Part shown: in pieces, positions 33,868-37,658 of the stretch
Position numbering within the stretch: the first letter of the stretch is position 1
How the letters are laid out: the number at the start of each line of letters is the position of its first letter
Assembly (NCBI RefSeq): GCF_001194135.2
Contig: NC_068989.1
Span: 52,753,143-52,790,800, forward strand
Source of the DNA: Octopus bimaculoides
Taxonomy: Eukaryota
DNA: 37,658 bases
Direction of reading: 5' to 3'
Notes under the pieces: model-generated
What the model saw: the letters and a program-made list of their open reading frames with translations, nothing else
What the model was told of the DNA's origin: nothing
The model's database searches: none
Program-made: the position numbers and the translations under genes

Positions 33868-33955
33868 ATCTACTGAGAGATTACCATTACTTCCACATAT
33901 ATATAGCAGCTGGGGTTTCTACTTCAAACGAACTCTCATAAAACGTTTCTCCTAA
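33868..33955 (+). CDS. Candidate terminal coding exon (RSTERLPLLPHIYSSWGFYFKRTLIKRFS*)
   Basis: Strong pyrimidine tract tgtttgttttctttcagttgttttcag; phase-2 compatible with the previous candidate exon. Confidence 0.25.
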
Positions 33956-34986
33956 CATCCACTACAGAACAGAAATCCGAGGTTGTTTTATGATACTGAA
34001 GGATATTGAGAACTTACACATTCATGGAGACTCCCGCAACCATATACGTTATGTCAGTACTGAACATCTGCTCATATTGTGTGACGAAGATATCTACGAG
34101 CCTGAGGTAAATTTTAGTGAATCTTAGTGTCAATCTCTTGTTAATTCGTACTAAATACTGTGAAATTAATTTATGGAAAAATGTGTGATGCTCTAAGATT
34201 GCCTCTTCTCCAAGTCTCCAGTTTTAAAAACAACACTGTTAATGCCATACACTCGCCTGCATTCCTATTAGGAAGTTTCACTCAACGTATCAATGGGGGC
34301 TGCCTCAAGGTATTTTTCTGATGGTGCACGAAAAGCACGCGCAGCTTTAGCCACACACAAGTAGAGCGGCCATGTCTTTTCCCAGGACTTCAGTAATTGG
34401 TTCAAGAAAGTGAACTTATATTGAGACCGGATCCGAGCTGAATGACGGGAATATATTGAACTCTCCTAAAAGCACTCAGGATCCAGATGATATTTGATCA
34501 GGAGACCGATTAAGACGGCCACCCAAGGAACGAAATATGGTTCTTACCACAGGATCCATTCAGTTTCCACTTACCAAATTTCAACTGACAAGAACCGTAG
34601 CTATTGTAGAAGACACCAACACTGACGCTCAGTGTGGTTTCGAACTCAACCCTCGTAGTTGCCATGTGCGGAATTGTTTGTGCGTAATACATTCTTAATG
34701 TAACAATAACAACACGTACAAAAATAAAGCAGTAAAATACACAATGCTGGCGATGAAAAATAATGAGTAAAACATTAAACAACTGGTTTCAAAGATGTGC
34801 CGCGCGTTGTACCTAGTTGTGCCACGTGCTCTGTTTAGGTGAGTGGCGAAAATAATATAATTATATTTAGAATATCTGATAAATAAATACTGAAATTCTA
34901 ATATCAAATCTTGATAACTGTGCTCCGTTTATTGAATTTAGAAATAAACACTTCATATTTTGCAGTTTTAATTATTTGTAATGTAC

Positions 34987-35214
34987 AGAGTAAAAAACTT
35001 CGAAGCCATCAGAAGAGAAAAGGAAGAAATCAGACGACAATAGAAGAAGGCTTGACAAAATCAACGTCGCCTTCCACCAATATTACAATGCAATCAATGC
35101 CATCGACTCTTCTATACAAGAACTGATCTAAAGAGTCATCAATGCCATCACCATAAAAGACGTGTTCAGCAAAGAAGAAACTACATTCTTGGCTACGAGA
35201 TAAAACCGACGACA
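34987..35214 (+). mobile_element. RTE-clade LINE 3' end (C-terminal C2H2-like finger), decayed
   Basis: RVKNFEAIRREKEEIRRQ*KKA*QNQRRLPPILQCNQCHRLFYTRTDLKSHQCHH matches the RTE terminal FE..R....KR..RK...C..C.R.F..R.GL.SH pattern. Ends in a gacgac-type tail. Confidence 0.7.
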
Positions 35215-35529
35215 AATATTTAAATATCTTTTCGACATGTTGCTTTGGTCTTTTGATTGATCCACAAGGTGTACTAAGATAATTTTATTTTCTTGGAAGG
35301 GAGTCAACAAAAAGATGGTTGTGAAATATGTCATTAAAACTATAAACATTGAAAGCATAAATATGATAGTTTTAGCATCAGCTAAACAAGAAAACTCAAC
35401 ATAATTAAGTCCCAGCTTCACTACAGAGTTTAGTCTTGCAGAAGCCGAATCAGGATTATATCACCGAAAATATAAATGTAAGTATGTGGAGATAAGGAAG
35501 AGGTAAGAGTAGAATGTTATAAAGCTGGA

Positions 35530-35965
35530 GCATTTAAATATATTTTATCTGTTATTTGTTTCAGCCATTTAACTCAGGCTATGCTGGGATACAGCCTTGA
35601 AGAATTTTAGCTGACAAAACTCGACCCCAAAATTTTCTGCAAGCCTGGTACTTTTTCTATTGGTCTCAGTTGCCAAATCGTTATGTTACGGGGACGCCAA
35701 GTGGTAGTGCTAAACAATGGTCGCCAAGCGCAGGTGCTGAACAAACACATGCATAAAGACATACACATGCACACACACATACACACATATATATATATAT
35801 TTATATATATTATATCTTCCAATTTTCGTCTGCTAAATTCACTCATAAGGTTGTGGTCTACGCGATGCTATAGTAGAAGACAGTTATCCAAAACACCACG
35901 CAGTTGGGCTGAACCCGAAAGTATGTGATTAGGAAGCAAGCTTCTTACCACACAGTCATGCTCGG
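35530..35965 (-). mobile_element. SINE-A, near full length
   Basis: Reverse complement gives head gagcatgactgtgtggtaagaagcttgcttcctaatcac, an internal (TA)/(TG) tract, and tail cttcaaggctgtatcccagcatagcctgagttaaatggctgaaacaaataa. Confidence 0.8.
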
Positions 35966-37269
35966 AATTTTTTTTAGTCAAAATATAACGTTAAATCGAT
36001 AGAATATCTTCTCATGAAAAATTGAAAAAACATTTCAGAAACAAAAATAACAGTAAGTGGATTCTTCTAATCTCACCGAAAAGTTAGGTAAACATCAAAG
36101 TTACCATTTTAGATTAAATGATATACGTAAGAATTGCATAGTACGCATTTACTTCCGCAAGTCTTCTCACATAAGAATCCAAATAAACATACAACTACAG
36201 ACAGAAAAGAAACAAAATATCTTTTAATCCCTAATAAAATCAACAATGATAATATAGAGTAAAAAAGAAAAGTAAAAAGATATAAAAGCTACTAAAAATT
36301 CAACATAAACAATAGAAATATCGGAAATCGGAGACTGCCTGGAACAAGAGACCTTCGTTAAATCTCAGAAAATTCGTCGTTTTGAAAATCGACATCTTTG
36401 AACAAAGCAATCGATTCGACTTCTCCTTACAGCTATTTTACCAAGGACTTGATAAAGATCAAACAAAAATCAATGAATTGAGAATGGTAATTCAGGAGCA
36501 AAATGTGCGAACAGTGAATGGATCGTCACAAAAGAAAATATAAAGCAACAATAGCAAGAATAGAACAATTAGGAGAATAAGTAACAATTCGTGAAGTAGT
36601 CCAAATTCTGTAGAATATGGTGATCTAAAATAAAAGAAAAATCTTTAGAATATCACTCAAATTGGCAAGTTTCAAACTTCTTACAGAAATATTTACGAAC
36701 TAAAAGTGAGGTAGGTCAAAAATTTGCTAAGAAGACAGAAACTTCACTCGAATGTCTCACAAAGTAAAAACCCGTAAAATACATGGTGAAACACCAGTTC
36801 CATAACTTAAAATTCATTACCATTTTGTGTATAGAATTTTAATTTTTATGGCAATATAATTGAATTATAAATCGTGCAGCACTTTAAGTCACAAGTACTG
36901 ATGCGAACGTATAAAGACTAGCATAATTTATCGTAAGAATTCCAACTCTTATATCACTTTCTTAGATCAAGTTAGATTTATCTACTTAGATATTATGGTC
37001 TCAGTTATGAACACGAGACTGTTCTACTGGGAGGGTTCGAAACATTGATACACTGACTCTTATATATGGTACTTTATCAACAATAGCGTAAAGTTTGAAG
37101 ACATTGTCAAATTCTTCATTGCAAAAATATTAAGATATGATTCTCTGCTAGAAGGTAATGGCATCTTTTAATTTATCGTTCAACTGCTTTATATAAAACT
37201 TTACATGGAAATAAACACTATTGTATATGCATATGAACACTATACATAAATATTAATACATGCGTATAT

Positions 37270-37418
37270 AAATATATGTGTGTATGTATATATACATGCA
37301 TATATATAGACAGATATATACATACATATATCTTCCCACATACATACACATGCACGTTGCACACAATACACATATATGTATATATATATGAGTATATATC
37401 TATATCTATCTATCTATC

Positions 37419-37458
<40 letters not shown>

Positions 37459-37461
37459 TAT
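37270..37461. repeat. Compound (TA)/(CA)/(TATC) microsatellite
   Basis: Read directly. Confidence 0.9.
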
Positions 37462-37658
37462 AGTAATTTTCCAGAGGATGTAGCAACCGTTACCAATATA
37501 GCATAAGAACTTACCTTAGGGGATCATTAACTAGATTCGTTAAGGGTCGTTCTCACAGTTTATATTTATATTATAAGGGTCTTAACTTTTAAATTTTCAT
37601 ATTCAAAAGCGACAGAGACTTCAAACTCGATATATCGATTTATTCACCACTCTATGTT

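Noticed and set aside
37500-37560. Strong minus-strand donor AAG|GTAAGT at ~37510
   Set aside because: No convincing acceptor or open frame upstream within the window.

Overview
AT-rich eukaryotic intronic/intergenic DNA, about 14% N (12 assembly gaps, ~5.2 kb), packed with microsatellites and decayed transposons. The repeat families and microsatellite load suggest an octopus (coleoid cephalopod) draft genome; this is an inference. No complete protein-coding gene, rRNA, true tRNA or CRISPR array is supported, and nearly all ORFs in the track are microsatellite, N-gap or antisense artefacts. Manual translation, including frames the track missed, shows five Tc1/mariner relics, a mariner-type MITE, LINE fragments from several clades (L1/Tx1, CR1-group, two RLE/R4-type families, RTE), a probable gypsy integrase relic, and many copies of at least two tRNA-derived SINE families (called SINE-A and SINE-B here). 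The most interesting signals are: (1) Penelope-like/retrozyme-like non-coding repeats carrying hammerhead ribozyme folds, two of which share an unusual CCGACGA core; (2) a ~640-bp foldback with ~95% identical arms; (3) a 3' tail shared by SINE-A and the CR1-group LINE; (4) LINEs sitting in specific microsatellites; and (5) a weakly supported chain of phase-compatible exons on the + strand. TE boundaries are approximate unless a TIR or motif is quoted.
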